Part shown: positions 51,058-63,308 of the stretch, one piece after another | How the letters are laid out: each line of letters starts with the position of its first letter | Numbering within the stretch: position 1 is the stretch's first letter | Assembly (NCBI GenBank): GCA_051294905.1 | Contig: CM119371.1 | Location: 14,882,001-14,946,000 of the forward strand | Source: Botryllus schlosseri | Lineage: Eukaryota | Direction of reading: 5' to 3' | Length of the DNA: 64,000 nt | Translations under genes and position numbers: made by a program | The notes under the pieces: generated by a model | The model's input: the letters and a program-made list of their open reading frames with translations, nothing else | What the model was told of the DNA's origin: nothing | The model's database searches: none

Positions 51058-52411
51058 CAGGGCCGTAACTGCCGCACCCCAAACCCCCCAATTGGGGGGG
51101 GGCGAGCTCGAAAGGGGCCCAAAATTATTTCGTGAATTAGCATAAATTATAGAGTATTTTTTTTAAATTTTAGCAACTTCATCAAACTTTTTTCGCGCTG
51201 CGCGCGATTTCAAGTTGCCAAGTATCTTGAATATTGGGTACTCTTCCCACAAGAAAAAATACGCAAGATTTATAGAAATGGGTATATCAGCGTTATGGCC
51301 ATTACCTCGCCACGACGCACCAAGACATATAAAGTTTTAGGCCATGTAACATGCGACTGCAAGAAGTGTGCCAGAACGATCGGCAGCGAGAAAACCTTGG
51401 CCGAAAAGGACTGCCCTTATGCTGACCGAAAACTTCGTTACATACAAAATACATGTGGGTTTAAGTCTATAGGCGCCAAATGACTGGCATCTAAATGTTC
51501 CTGTCTTGGCAATCTGAACCTCACAAGACAAATACCACCCCGCAGGAAAAAATTATATGCCAGTGAAGAAATACCAATTTGAAATCGTGTGATCTTTTAG
51601 GTTAGTAGGTTTGGGAGATTGTATATTTTTAATATGACAAACAGGAGGTCACGAAATAACATCATGTAACGAAGTCATACCAACGGGTCCACCTTCCCCA
51701 TAAGATGTTTAATTCTTATTTACGGGCTCTACATTTTCCAAGACAACACCTGACTCAGCTCTACCGGTAAATCTGATTACGTGAGCAACTGAGCATAGAG
51801 GACAAGAAATTGATAGCAATATATATGCAATTCCCGATCTTATGGACGGATTTTATCATGAATTATCGAAAATTTTCGCGCTTCGCGCTGGCTTACGGAG
51901 CAGTACGTCTAATTTCGTGGCAAAAGTGAACAACGTGGTGGCGGCCTGGCGGGTCGGTTTGTCACCCTATCGCAGCCCAAGACTCCAGTTTTTTTGGGGC
52001 CTGACGAAGTGCTGTTTCGTTCCTGCCAACGGGTATACAATACACCCGGAGATGTTTATTTATTATTGAGGGGTCACCCTTTCAAACACACCTCACTCTG
52101 CTCTACCGGTAAATCTGATTACGTAAGCAGAGAAAGGATAAAAATTGATTGCAATATATATGCAATTCCCGATCATATTGCCCGATTCGGTCATGAATCA
52201 TAGAAATTTTTCGCGCTTCGCGCGTTTAGGCTAGAAAAACTGTGTGAGCCAACGGACAGCCAATATAGATGATAAGCAGCGCTAAACAACGTAGCCTACA
52301 GGCTGAGGAGGGTTTAGGGGGCGAAGCCCCCCAGAAGTTAGATTTATCACCCTATGGGGGGCCCAGGACCAACGTTTTGGGGGGGCCTGACGAAGTGCTG
52401 TTACGGCCTTG
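51058..52411. mobile_element. hAT-type MITE with an internal ~130 bp duplication
   Basis: TIR cagggccgtaac / gttacggccttg; perfect TSD gatgcaac. Confidence 0.9.
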
Positions 52412-52717
52412 GATGCAACATAGGTTGCCCGGTTACGCCCTCAATTAGGCTATAAATCAACACAATTTAATTAATTTCCAAAACTGATCAAATTTAGCCT
52501 GGCGGGACAGAACGACGCCTTGCTCTCTGTACTCGCTACCAGCATCAGGATTAGTCTCAGGGTGACCGACCTTAAAATTAACTAATGGATGTCTTGTTCA
52601 ATGTTTTTTTGTTAATTTGAAACAAGTTTGGAGAAGTTTGTCAGCAATGTAAAAGACTCAACAAGTGGAATGCAAATTCAAAATTGGCGTAGATATACCT
52701 TATGTATACTATTAGAT

Positions 52718-53221
52718 CAGGGGTGGGCAGCCTGCGGCCGTAGAAGGGAATTTGAGCGGCCGTCGTCGCCTAATTCAATTAGTATGTGTTGGCGGCCGTA
52801 GACATGCCAATTGCAATTACGAATTCACTCCCGCATTTTCGATAGATTTTAATTAATCTTGAAATTTTCTTCGCCCTCCGCGCAATTCAACAAGAATTCA
52901 TTTTTCGATTTTAATGCAGCGGAATGAGAATTGGCAAGAAATAACAATTCGTTCACGGCCTTGAAAAATTTTCGCGCTCCGCGCGACAATATGCACCTCC
53001 CGGCAACTATTCATAACATTGCCACTCGCTATTTCGGTTCGCACAATAGGCCATTGTGAAAAGTAGAATATTCCACAGTTCACCGGGAATGGATATGGAC
53101 AGTTTACCAAGGAATTTTGCGTCCAGATCGTTCATTGCGGCTATGCCCTGGAACGCGGCCTTTCGCTACATAAGCAATCGAAATGCGTCCATATGATTAT
53201 CAAAAACGTTGCCCACCTCTG
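52718..53221. mobile_element. hAT Charlie/Buster-like MITE
   Basis: TIR caggggtgggca / tgcccacctctg; perfect TSD tattagat. Confidence 0.9.
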
Positions 53222-53871
53222 TATTAGATGATGTGCTCTTTTTGACATGACGATAAATGCAAGGGGGGTTAGGGGGCGCGATTTTTTTACCATCTCCAAG
53301 GGGGGCGCGTGTCAAAAAAGGTTGAGAACCACTGCGCTAAGATAATAAGAGCACTCAATCAAATATACCTTTTTTTCAGTACTCAAGGTCGTGTTTGGTT
53401 ATTTTTCTAACAAACATTTGTTTACTTCCACTTGCAGCTGTTTGACAACCTTTGAATTAAACGTCGTTACTTCTATTTTTTACTATACGGGAAAACTCTT
53501 GACGTCCCTTCTAATTGAGTACCAAGGATGAGTAATGCACGGTAGCACAAACGAAGTGTGCTGCCAGATACATCGACAGCGATGTAACCTTGGTCCATAA
53601 TGACCAAGGCTTGTTGACAACCTGCGCTGTTGATATGAGCAGGTGAAGGAATAACGCCCCGAACAGACTTTTACAAACTACCACTTGGTTGACGGCCACC
53701 TAACTACTTTATTTTTTAGCATGGAAGTCCTCAACTAGTTTTTCTCGACTTCTTGCACTACCAAGTAAATCAAATTTTTCGCTACATCTACTGGTTCTAA
53801 TGTGTTGTGATTTACACTCTTTGCGCTATTTACAGTTTGTAAAGTGGAAGTATTACATTCTTCCATTGCGA

Positions 53872-53875
<4 letters not shown>

Positions 53876-53904
<29 letters not shown>
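53876..53904. repeat. (AG)n microsatellite
   Basis: About 14 AG units followed by a G run. Confidence 0.9.
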
Positions 53905-53912
<8 letters not shown>

Positions 53913-54345
53913 AGGGAGGCAGGCAGGGAGACAGCGAGACAATGGAATTTAGAGACTGATATTGTGGGGTACCAACACTTATTTACTTCTCCCAAAAGTT
54001 AAGTAAAGTCCCAAAATTTCGTCGTGTTCCGCGTGAAATAGATATGGATTATGGAATGAAAAATACGTTTTCACGAAAATATCTGTCAATATAATTTTGG
54101 CAGCAGGTTACGTGGTTCCTTTCATACGGCACCGTTCTTTCAACCATATCGCGCGTTGTATTGCTGTCAATACGACCCATTAAAACGGTCGTAACTATTG
54201 TATCTGGGAAATAAGTGAATTTTCTGAAGCAAGACGCTGGTACGATAAATTCACGCCATCAGCTGGCGGGAGTAAGCCACAGACAAACTCGGGAGTTCCC
54301 CTACCCGGTCGAGCTTTTTTCTTGCTTCAACGTCAGATTAGCATC

Positions 54346-55882
54346 CAGTGGTGCCAGGCAGAGATGAGCATGGATTAGGATTAGGTTTTGAAAAAACAGG
54401 ATTTGTGAAATTTTGTCGGATTTGGATTGGATTAGGGTTAGCGATTTTTTCTCAACGGATTAGGATTTGGATTGGATTTACCGATTTTCTGGGAGATTAT
54501 AATATGTCGTGTGGCGAATGGCGACAAACTTTATTCAGATCAGTTATTGATGTACTTATAGTACACTATACTATGGTTCACTCGGTGAAAATGAACACGA
54601 GAGGTGCAGCACTATGCTAAGTTATCTTAAGTCAAGAGAATCGTTGGTTGTGAAAGCAAATTTTCCAATCCCTCCCTTGCATAAATTAGCATTTTTTCTG
54701 AATTTCAAGTTGAAATCGGATTAGGATTGGACATGGACTTTAATATGAAAAAGTTATGGATTAGGTTTTGGATTTGGATTTGAAGTTTCGGATTTGGATT
54801 GGATTAGGACATAGAAATTCCAAATCCGCTCATCTCTGGTGCCAGGTCGTCCTAGTGTTCTAGTATTTTTTTGCACAATTTTGCTAATCTAGTGTTTGTC
54901 TGCGATTGTGCAAATAATGAATATTCCAACATTTGACTACTAAATAATATGCTAATTTATCGCAAATAATGCGATGTGGTGTCTCTAGCTGTCTCTCTTT
55001 TCAACAATTCTATGTGGTGGTGCAGTAACAAGTAATTATTACAAAATAGGGTGCGCTGTGAATCCGCACTTATGAACAATAGCCTCGGAAAAAAATGAAG
55101 AGCGATTTTGCTCTGATGCTCTGTCGTTTCTTGTTGAACTCACTCTGCTGATTCGGGCAAGATTTTCATTTGCCAAGGACGGCATACTTTCGTAGTTGAG
55201 TTTAATTGAGTCTGTTAACAGCCTTATCAACACAAAGAACTTGATGATTTGTCGGAAGAATGGGCTGCTTTGGCAAATTCGCAAACTGAGTTGCAGGTTA
55301 TCAGTCCATGCCCTCTAACAGAATTTTAGCAAAAATTGAAATCTGTGCGCAATGGATTCAGTGAATCAAAATTCCCTTTACTGGGGAAGTTCATGACGAA
55401 TCTCTTGGCATTGCCACATTTCACTGCATGCGTGGAAATAAAGTATGCTGCACATGGACACCTCCCCATTGTTTGGTTGAAGATGTACGGTAGTGAGCAA
55501 GTTTCCACACAAAAGATATTGATGTCTGATTGATGGTGTGCAATCGAAAGATAATTTTTATGATGCCGTACAATTCGAAAGCGACAATATTTGATTTTTT
55601 CTTACTCTGTTGAATTCATTTCATTAATTTTCGTTGAATAATCATGCAGTATATCAAATTATTCATTAATTTTCATTGAATAATGATTCAGTATATCATA
55701 CATATGTATCGAATTCGTGTGTGGAACGCTTCTTATCTATGGATTTGTACATTAGTCATCATGATTACTTGGCAACGGCAAATTTTTCCAACGATTTACT
55801 AATCTAGTGTTTTTTTCACCAATCTAGTGTTTTTTCATGACATAATCTTGTGTTTTTCCAGGAACCTAGAGCGGCAACACTG
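54346..55882. mobile_element. hAT-type element with atctagtg subterminal repeats
   Basis: TIR cagtggtgcc / ggcaacactg; perfect TSD ttagcatc. Confidence 0.85.
54359..54838. mobile_element. hAT-type MITE with GGATT(A/T) repeats, inserted in the left terminus of 54346-55882
   Basis: TIR cagagatgagc / gctcatctctg; perfect TSD gtgccagg. Confidence 0.92.
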
Positions 55883-56243
55883 TTAGCATCCATCTGCAGA
55901 GGATGCTGGAGGTGCTAGCCAACATCCGAGCATATTACTGTCAAGTTTCTGTTCAGTTATTTGTTTTGTACCAGCTTACAGCCGGGTTGTAACGGGCATC
56001 CCTAAAAGACGAAGAAGCGGAGAACGGACCCTAAAACGCGGAAACAACGGAGGCAGCGGAGAGAGCCAAAAATGCCGATTCCTAAAAGACGGAGATAGCG
56101 GAGAGCGGAGCTTTCGGCCATTGACCTTTATAGACGCGCGCATAAGCAACTCTAAAACTTGTAGACGGCGGAACATACAAACTTTCGAGCTAAATAACAA
56201 TTAAAAGGCAACATATGAAGCTGAGATCAGAATCTACGTAAGG

Positions 56244-56684
56244 CAGGGGCAGGCAACTTCTTTGGTCGGCGGCCGGATATGGGAAAATGAAGTACTTGGC
56301 GGGCCAGATTACAGAATATATACATTACACAATCGTGTATTTATCCACCTATACAAGGAATAAATCTTATTTAATCTAAACTTTAAGTTTAAAGCATAGA
56401 GGCCAAAGCAGTATTTAATGAATTTATTAACAATGGCTGTTGAAGTCAATCAGATATGTGTGATTGGTAAAAGTTGCCAACAATAGTTCTTTGAACTCTG
56501 GTTGCATGTCGTATGTAGAAACTGCACGTGAATATCAGTTGTATTTGAACGCAACCTTGTCTCGTTATTGTTAATGGTCGAAAATACATGTATACCCGAA
56601 CAGAGCCAGCAGTTTCATGGCCATCTTTCTGAGGTTGGCAAACTTGTATTTATTCTGTGACGCATAAAATTTGTCAATACTTTC
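56244..56684 (-). mobile_element. hAT Charlie/Buster transposon 3' end with transposase C-terminal relic
   Basis: TIR caggggcaggcaac. Minus-strand frameshifted translation KFYASQNKYKFANLRKMAMKLLALFGYT / FSTINNNETRLRSNTTD / MQPEFKEL / QSHISD* resembles the hAT dimerisation region. Confidence 0.75.
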
Positions 56685-57633
56685 CAGTGTTGGGATGACT
56701 CAAGTCATGACTTGACTCGAGTCAGACTCGAGTCACTTTTTCGTATGACTTGACTTGACTCGAGTCACTTTGGTAAAATGACTTGACTTGACGTATCAGA
56801 AATGTGGATTGACTCGTGACTCGGAGCAAAATTCACGAGTCAATTTCAAGTCATCAAGTAATCGGTGTCGATAAAAATCATTGTATCTTACATATGTTCG
56901 GATTGTTCGCGCAACGCTGGTGTAACCCGCGACCAATCATACGTGCGTTTTACTGAACCTTCATTGTTCTCTTACAAATATATTGATCGCAAACGAACTG
57001 ATCGAAGCTGACAGCATACGTTGTCGTAAACTATAGTATAGTAAAGTAATTTAATAGCAAAATGTCTATTTCTGTTCTGTGTTCTTAACTTAACCAAACC
57101 TCTTGTTTTATTGAAATTGAATTCGCAAATCGTTCATAGTCCTCAACCATTGGCGCAAGCTCGAATTGTATCATATCAATTTGCAAAAGGGTAATGTATT
57201 GCATCTTATCAATTCGTTTCTCTATTCTCTATTTTGGCTGGTAACTATAAACTGAGGCTGTGCATTGTGCAATTACTTACGTAGTATATTAGTTCTACTT
57301 ATATGTGAGCGATACAGCGCCTTACTTGCGTGTATATTTAACTCTATATTCGTTGATCGGTTCAAAATCAATGACCACTCAATCTGTATTTTAGACAGCT
57401 AGCAAAATACAATGACGTAATCAAGCCTCATACCTCGGAAAGGCAATTAGACTTGAATTGTGACTTGACTCGTGACTTGACTTGACTTGACTCGAGTCAC
57501 CTCCGAAAATCGACTGACTTGACTTGACTCGAGTCACCTTCGAAAATCGATTGACTTGACTTGACTCGAGTCAAAATGTGTAATGACTCGAATTGAATCG
57601 TGACTCGAAGGTAGTGACTTGATCCCAACACTG
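56685..57633. mobile_element. hAT-type MITE with GACTT/GACTCGAGTC arrays
   Basis: TIR cagtgttgggat / atcccaacactg; flanks do not form a TSD. Confidence 0.85.
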
Positions 57634-57806
57634 GCCTATATCGCTTCGAAGTATCAAAAGTCATTCACAAATATTTTTCCAATAGTTTGCCTCCTGTGTT
57701 TGATGACTTTTTCATGCCTGCTAAAAATGTCCACTCCCACTACACGAGATCCTCGTCTAAAGGAAATATCTACTTACCCCCACCCAATAGCAACCTAGCT
57801 CCGTGA
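57634..57806 (+). mobile_element. CR1/L2-group LINE ORF2 C-terminal fragment
   Basis: LYRFEVSKVIHKYFSNSLPPVFDDFFMPAKNVHSHYTRSSSKGNIYLP aligns to LYNYEIANLMHKFTNGNISPYF...VHGYSTRLSKSGHLYV of the LINE at ~16190-16335. Confidence 0.8.
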
Positions 57807-57966
57807 AGAAATTAGAGTTCACAATCACCTGCGCCTCACGGAAGATATTTTTTTAGTATGGCCTCGTACACGTGAGCGATGCTGATATCATTTCAATAGC
57901 GCATTATTTTCTGGGAATGGCGAAATAACATGGTTTTACAAAGTTATAAATAACAATGGGCTAGCT

Positions 57967-58632
57967 CAGTGGTTCCCAACCTTTTTCGTCTCGTGCCCCC
58001 CTTGGCCGATATTTGAGCTAAAATTCCCCCCTATGAAGAAGTTGCCTGTGACTATAAAAATCTGCTTTTTAACGCACAACCATTTGTTAACTGAGCAACT
58101 GATGGCCAAACATATTCAGATATATCCGAACGACGGCGAATGCGGACCGCACTAAACTTTGGTAAAGTAAATTAAAATTTGAACTGTTTTTGACCGGTTG
58201 GGTAGCCGCTGACGAAAAATAAATCACTAAGTCCGCTTGATATGGACTTGAGTTGAATCGATGAATTTGGTACGGTATATTTTTCACGTTAGCTCATATG
58301 TTGGCTGAAAAAGTTGAACAATTTCACTAGCGGCCTTGTGCTAAATTTGGCTTGACGTTTTCCTGCTTAGTAGCAATCTGGTCGAGAGGCTGTTGCGGAC
58401 CCAATGAAATCGTCTCGTGAGCCCCACTTTAGCAGAGGATGTAATATCTACGGTAGGCATTTATACATACACTTAGATTGAAATCCGCCAAAGAATCATA
58501 CAATTGTAAAGAACTAATTTCTACTTAACAGTTCTATACCATAAAAATCCAAAGACCTTGTGAGCAGTGTATCTTCCGATACAATGACAAAGCCAGATTT
58601 CCCCTAAAAATATTAAGCCAGATTCCCCCCTG
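57967..58632. mobile_element. Truncated Charlie-like MITE of the same family as 6137-7671
   Basis: First ~120 bp closely match 6137-6260; right TIR not found. Confidence 0.75.
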
Positions 58633-61130
58633 AAATAAGACTGATTTGAGTTGACTAGAGGGCGTCCTTCTTTGCAGAGAATTTAAACGCCTACTGCGAC
58701 CAAGAATTATTTTTCAAGTAATATTTTTACATTGCATCGTGTCATATGTATGAGGCATACGGTTTATTTCAGATTAAGTTTCACTGTCACTATATTACTT
58801 GCTATTAAATGAAAGCTACATATATCAAGCCTTTCTAAGTTTACCGCAACCTATGAAGCCATATTGCGTCGCATTATTTTTTGCTGATCCCACCCAAGCT
58901 CACGACCATTTCCAATGGGTCGGATTTGTTCAAAAGTCTTGTGTAAAATATAAAATTATCAAAGTCGAAATCCAAATCCGAATCCAGTATACGGAAAAAT
59001 CACATAAAAGTTCCATCAATAAACCAAATATTCAACGTTTAATGTTCAAACACAAACTCCAAAATTCACTGATCTCCAATATGATAACAGTGCGGCGTTT
59101 GGTAGGTTATAGCTCAGCACTAAGTAACTTGCCGGTGTATAATAATTTGCCGAAGCGTAGGAGGCTTTTACACCCCAGCAAACACAGTACAGACCAAAGA
59201 TGTAGAAAAGCCGAGCCGATATAGTAGATATTAGATCTCGGCAGGTCGTAGAAAGGGGGATTTTGTGTCGACTCAATTCAACGTCTTTTCCATGTCCTTC
59301 AATAATGTAAATATTATGCAGATGCTACAGCCTTTAAACATGGTGAGTAGAATGTAGATCCTACGTTAGAAGAAGAAGATCCTGATATAATAACCTGTTT
59401 TCTACCACTATGGGCTTAACCTGATCACGGCTGCGTACACACACCACATTATTTACTACATATTAATCACATTTGTGATAATTTAATTTCAAACGAATTG
59501 GCAATAATGCCGTTGTAAAAAATAAAACGAACAAACGAACGAATGTCTTTAGAAAGAAAGTGAAAACAGTCCTTATCATCAGGTTTCATCTTCTGATGAG
59601 CCAGTCAAATAACCAGCATGCGGCCTTTTTTCTCAACACCCTGCAGAAATAAAATGAAAATGATGATTAATAGCTAAGACATTCGTACTGCGAAAATGGC
59701 AGAGGTAGCGACTAACGAATGACTCCTACATTTTTTTCGCCCATACTTACTAAAATGGATTCGATTCTGAACTATTTCCACTAAGTTTTCAAGTTTTATT
59801 AATTATATGACTAGAGAACTGACTTCAATCGTCACTTCTACTTGATTATCAAGATCAACGATGACTACTTCAGCACTCTTTGAAAACAGCCACTAACACA
59901 AAAAGAATTCTTGACTAAAATTTCTTCACATTCTGTCCAAAATGATCAATTCAACAATCCAAATGAATCAGTTATTTGGCAGCTAGTTGGAGAGATATAT
60001 ACTCAAGTCTAGAAAGTGGAATGATACTCTGCCTGGAAAGCTGAAGACCTAACAATATTGTGTACAGAGAACAAAACATTTGAGTGGCGGCACTGGTATA
60101 GACATTAATAAATTATTAGAATTGACAGCAAGATAACCAGCAAGACATTAAAATGAGAATTAGTGCAGTTTCTTAGGCTGTAGTGATACTCAGCCAGTAA
60201 TTGACCTAGCAGAGAGCAAAACGTTGTAAATAAAGCGAGCGAAACCTCCGACAAATGATACGATAAAACATTAGAATCGACAGTCTTACTAGAAGCAGAA
60301 TAACAATCATGAGGGGTTAGAGAACAGAAGCCCGGGAAGTGACCATCAGAAATTACTGCATACTGGCCGAACAAATCCATGACCACTAACAAATGGTCTT
60401 TCAATAGTCAGTATTGATACCAAATGACACCACCCCTATTTCATAGCAACATTAAGCAAATACAGCGCTGGAGTCAACCTTATATAAGCCCTAACCAAAC
60501 GCCCATTAGTTTTCCCACCTACTACTTCGCGGATGGAAATACGCATTAAAGCGAACGGACGCGACTTGTCACACTCTTGCTATTTCTGCTCCTTTTTTCT
60601 CTTCGTTCCTCTTCTCTGTCGCTTCCGCTTGAGGAGAGAAACAGTCGGCCGCGTTTACGGATCGTGAATTCCCGGTGGGTGATTCTTCCTCGAATGGTCA
60701 GCACCTTGAAAATTGAGAACAATGTGGTTGCAAAATGCATGACAATTTGAAAGTTACATCATTCTAATTATTCCAGTTATGGCCGTGAATCGTTACAAGT
60801 GCGGTAACCATAAGAATTATTACTATACTTCAACTACAAATACAATACATTGTATAAAATGATTACCAATTCTTTTACGTTGATCGAGTCCCAAATAGAT
60901 GAAATATGTCAAAGAATTTGCTAAATTTTTGTATAATTTGACAGATCGGAAATCTTCTCAAAGTGCACCTTTCAAAAATTTGATATCAAGACTCCCAACA
61001 TTTTACAATTCGAAGTTGGATGGCTTCACCAATACAAGCAAACAGTTTGTATCGCAATTGACAATTATGTAGAGAACGCTGCGAGACATATGAGTAGGCC
61101 TACCCTAAAACGTTTCTCTCACATGGACAT

Positions 61131-61787
61131 TAGGGCTCTTAAAATATGACTTTTTTTCTCAAATCGTTCTGGCTACTTGATAATATTGTTAGGTTACCTA
61201 ATTTAAGCCTAAACACAAAATTTGGTTCAATTCCAGCCAGTAACCGCTTTGCTACAGGAGAAGAAAGTTTCTATTTATTATATAAAAATAAATAGGTAAT
61301 AAAAATTTGAAAATTTTCTGTTCACCCCATGAAAGTGTTAGGCTGTCTATAGAAACGATGCTCACCAAATTTGGTTCAATTCCAACCAGTGGAAGCGGAG
61401 ATATTGCCGTCGAAAATTTGGATTTGAATAAAATAGTATTTACGGTGACCGATTCTTTGTTTACTTATTAAAGTTGCGCTCACCGTAAGTACTATCTTAT
61501 TAAAATCCAAATTTTTCGACAGCAATAACTCCGCTTCCACTGGTTGGAATTGAACCAAATTTGGTGAGCATCGTTTCTATAGACAGCCTAACACTTTCAT
61601 GGGGTTAACAGAAAATCTTCAAATTTTCATTTTTATATAATAAATAGGAACTTTCTTCTCTTGTAGCAAAGCAGATACTGGCTGGATTTGAACCATATTT
61701 TGTTTGTAGGCTTAAATTAGGTAACCTAACAATTTTATCAAGTAGCCAGTACGATTTGAGAAAAAAAGTCATTTTTGAAGAGCCCTA
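61131..61787. mobile_element. Foldback MITE: ~295 bp inverted arms around a ~75 bp spacer
   Basis: tagggctctt...aagagcccta termini; arms match almost throughout (e.g. ggctgtctatagaaacgatgctcaccaaatttggttcaattccaaccagtggaagcggag and its reverse complement). Confidence 0.9.
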
Positions 61788-62418
61788 CTGTTCATGACCG
61801 TCCACGTTTAGAGTTGCATCTCAAAGATGCTAAAATAAGCCTAAATATAATCCAAGCAATACGATCGTCCACTTTGACTGACTGAATTTCTAAAAACACC
61901 TTGATAGCTTCCACATCTTACGTTTATATATACTGTCTGCTATCGGCACAACAAAGTAGGCCTATTTAAAAATACCAAAACAGATTCAACATACCACATC
62001 TCTTGCAAAGGCTTTTGCTTTCATTCAATTTTCCATCAAACTTCTTTAAATCCTCCTTTGTGGTGAGTTGCTTTGGAATTCTTCTAGGATCAATTCCGAT
62101 ATTGTTTTATCATATACAATCTATGGCGGAATAAAAGTTTCGGATAAGTTCTAAAACGAACACAATTTTCCACACAAAAGTCAATTGCCACACGAAATGC
62201 CAAATGCTACGGTCTCATTTTACAAGGTATGGCGAGGAAACGTAGTGGTACGTCCCATTATAGCTAAACACCAATGAATTGCGGGTTCGAGCGTGACACG
62301 TCGACTCCATAATTCCTACCGAAGTGTTGACCGTTTATCTAGGCTCCTCCTCGCCATCTGATTCGCATAGCCATGTCTTAAAAAGCCTAGGAGTGGGCCG
62401 TGCTGTAAGTGGGCAGAT

Positions 62419-63308
62419 GGTTGCCGATGCACCCGGCACTTGGTGAATTCGGCCGCACAAACTCGGCACTTGGTGAATTCGGCCCTCGGGAAATTTTGAA
62501 ATGAAGTGTATTTACAGCTATTAATATGAATTATCAAACTAATAATAGTATTATCAAGTGATTCGTCAATCTTGTAAGGAGGTCAGGGCATCCGTAGATC
62601 GCGCAGTCACGGCGTGATTAGATCACGGATTGCGTAGCCACGGGAAATAACACAGCGCTCATATACCGACCACGCGCGGTCTGCTTGGAATCGATGGCGT
62701 GAGTCACGGGCCTGTGTCGTGTAAGTTTTGAGAAGATGGATCTTGGCGTTGTATGTGAGATCAAAACTGTGGAACATCAAGCGGCGCTTCTTCGTTTATC
62801 GATCACGACAAGCCAGTGTTCCTCATCAACAAATGTTTCGCATGATCACGTCAAAATAAATTATTTTTTGCCTTTGGAGAGACGATCCCACTCTGGGATT
62901 AGGGTGTCTCGATAACACGGTTGAAGGATCCCAAGATTACGAGATCTACCACGAGCCACGACACGTTTAAATTTCCTTTTTGATACTGTTCATTCATACT
63001 AAATGCATTTCTAATGCGAAGGTCTTCTAGTGCCAATTCCTCCAAGGGCCGAGTTCACCAAGTGAAGAGCGTCGCGTTATTTCCCGCAATTACGCAATCT
63101 GTGATCTAATCACGCCGTGACTGTGTGATCTACGTATGCCCTGACCGCCGTACAACATTGACAACCACTCAAAGTGCCAAGTTCACCGGCAAACATTCCA
63201 GTAACCAATCATGGTGACCGGTACCGCTACGAGATCTACCACGGCCGAATTCACCAAGTGCCGAGTTTGTGCGGCCAAATTCACCAAGTGCCGAGTTCAC
63301 TGGTAATC
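62419..63308. mobile_element. Non-autonomous TIR element (Merlin- or MULE-like, tentative) with an inner inverted pair ~62556-62660 / ~63068-63170
   Basis: Perfect 8-bp TSD gggcagat (62411-62418, 63309-63316); arms built from ggccgaattcaccaagtgccga repeats. Confidence 0.8.

Larger units (their letters stand above)
50690..53334. mobile_element. hAT Charlie/Buster-like element hosting two nested MITEs
   Basis: TIR caggggttctcaacc / ggttgagaaccactg; perfect TSD cgctaaga. Confidence 0.9.

Noticed and set aside
56685..57633. GACTCGAGTC/GACTT (also GTAATC, GGATT) arrays as CRISPR-like repeats
   Set aside because: Irregular short motifs inside TIR-bounded elements; no constant repeat with unique equal-length spacers, no cas genes, eukaryotic context.
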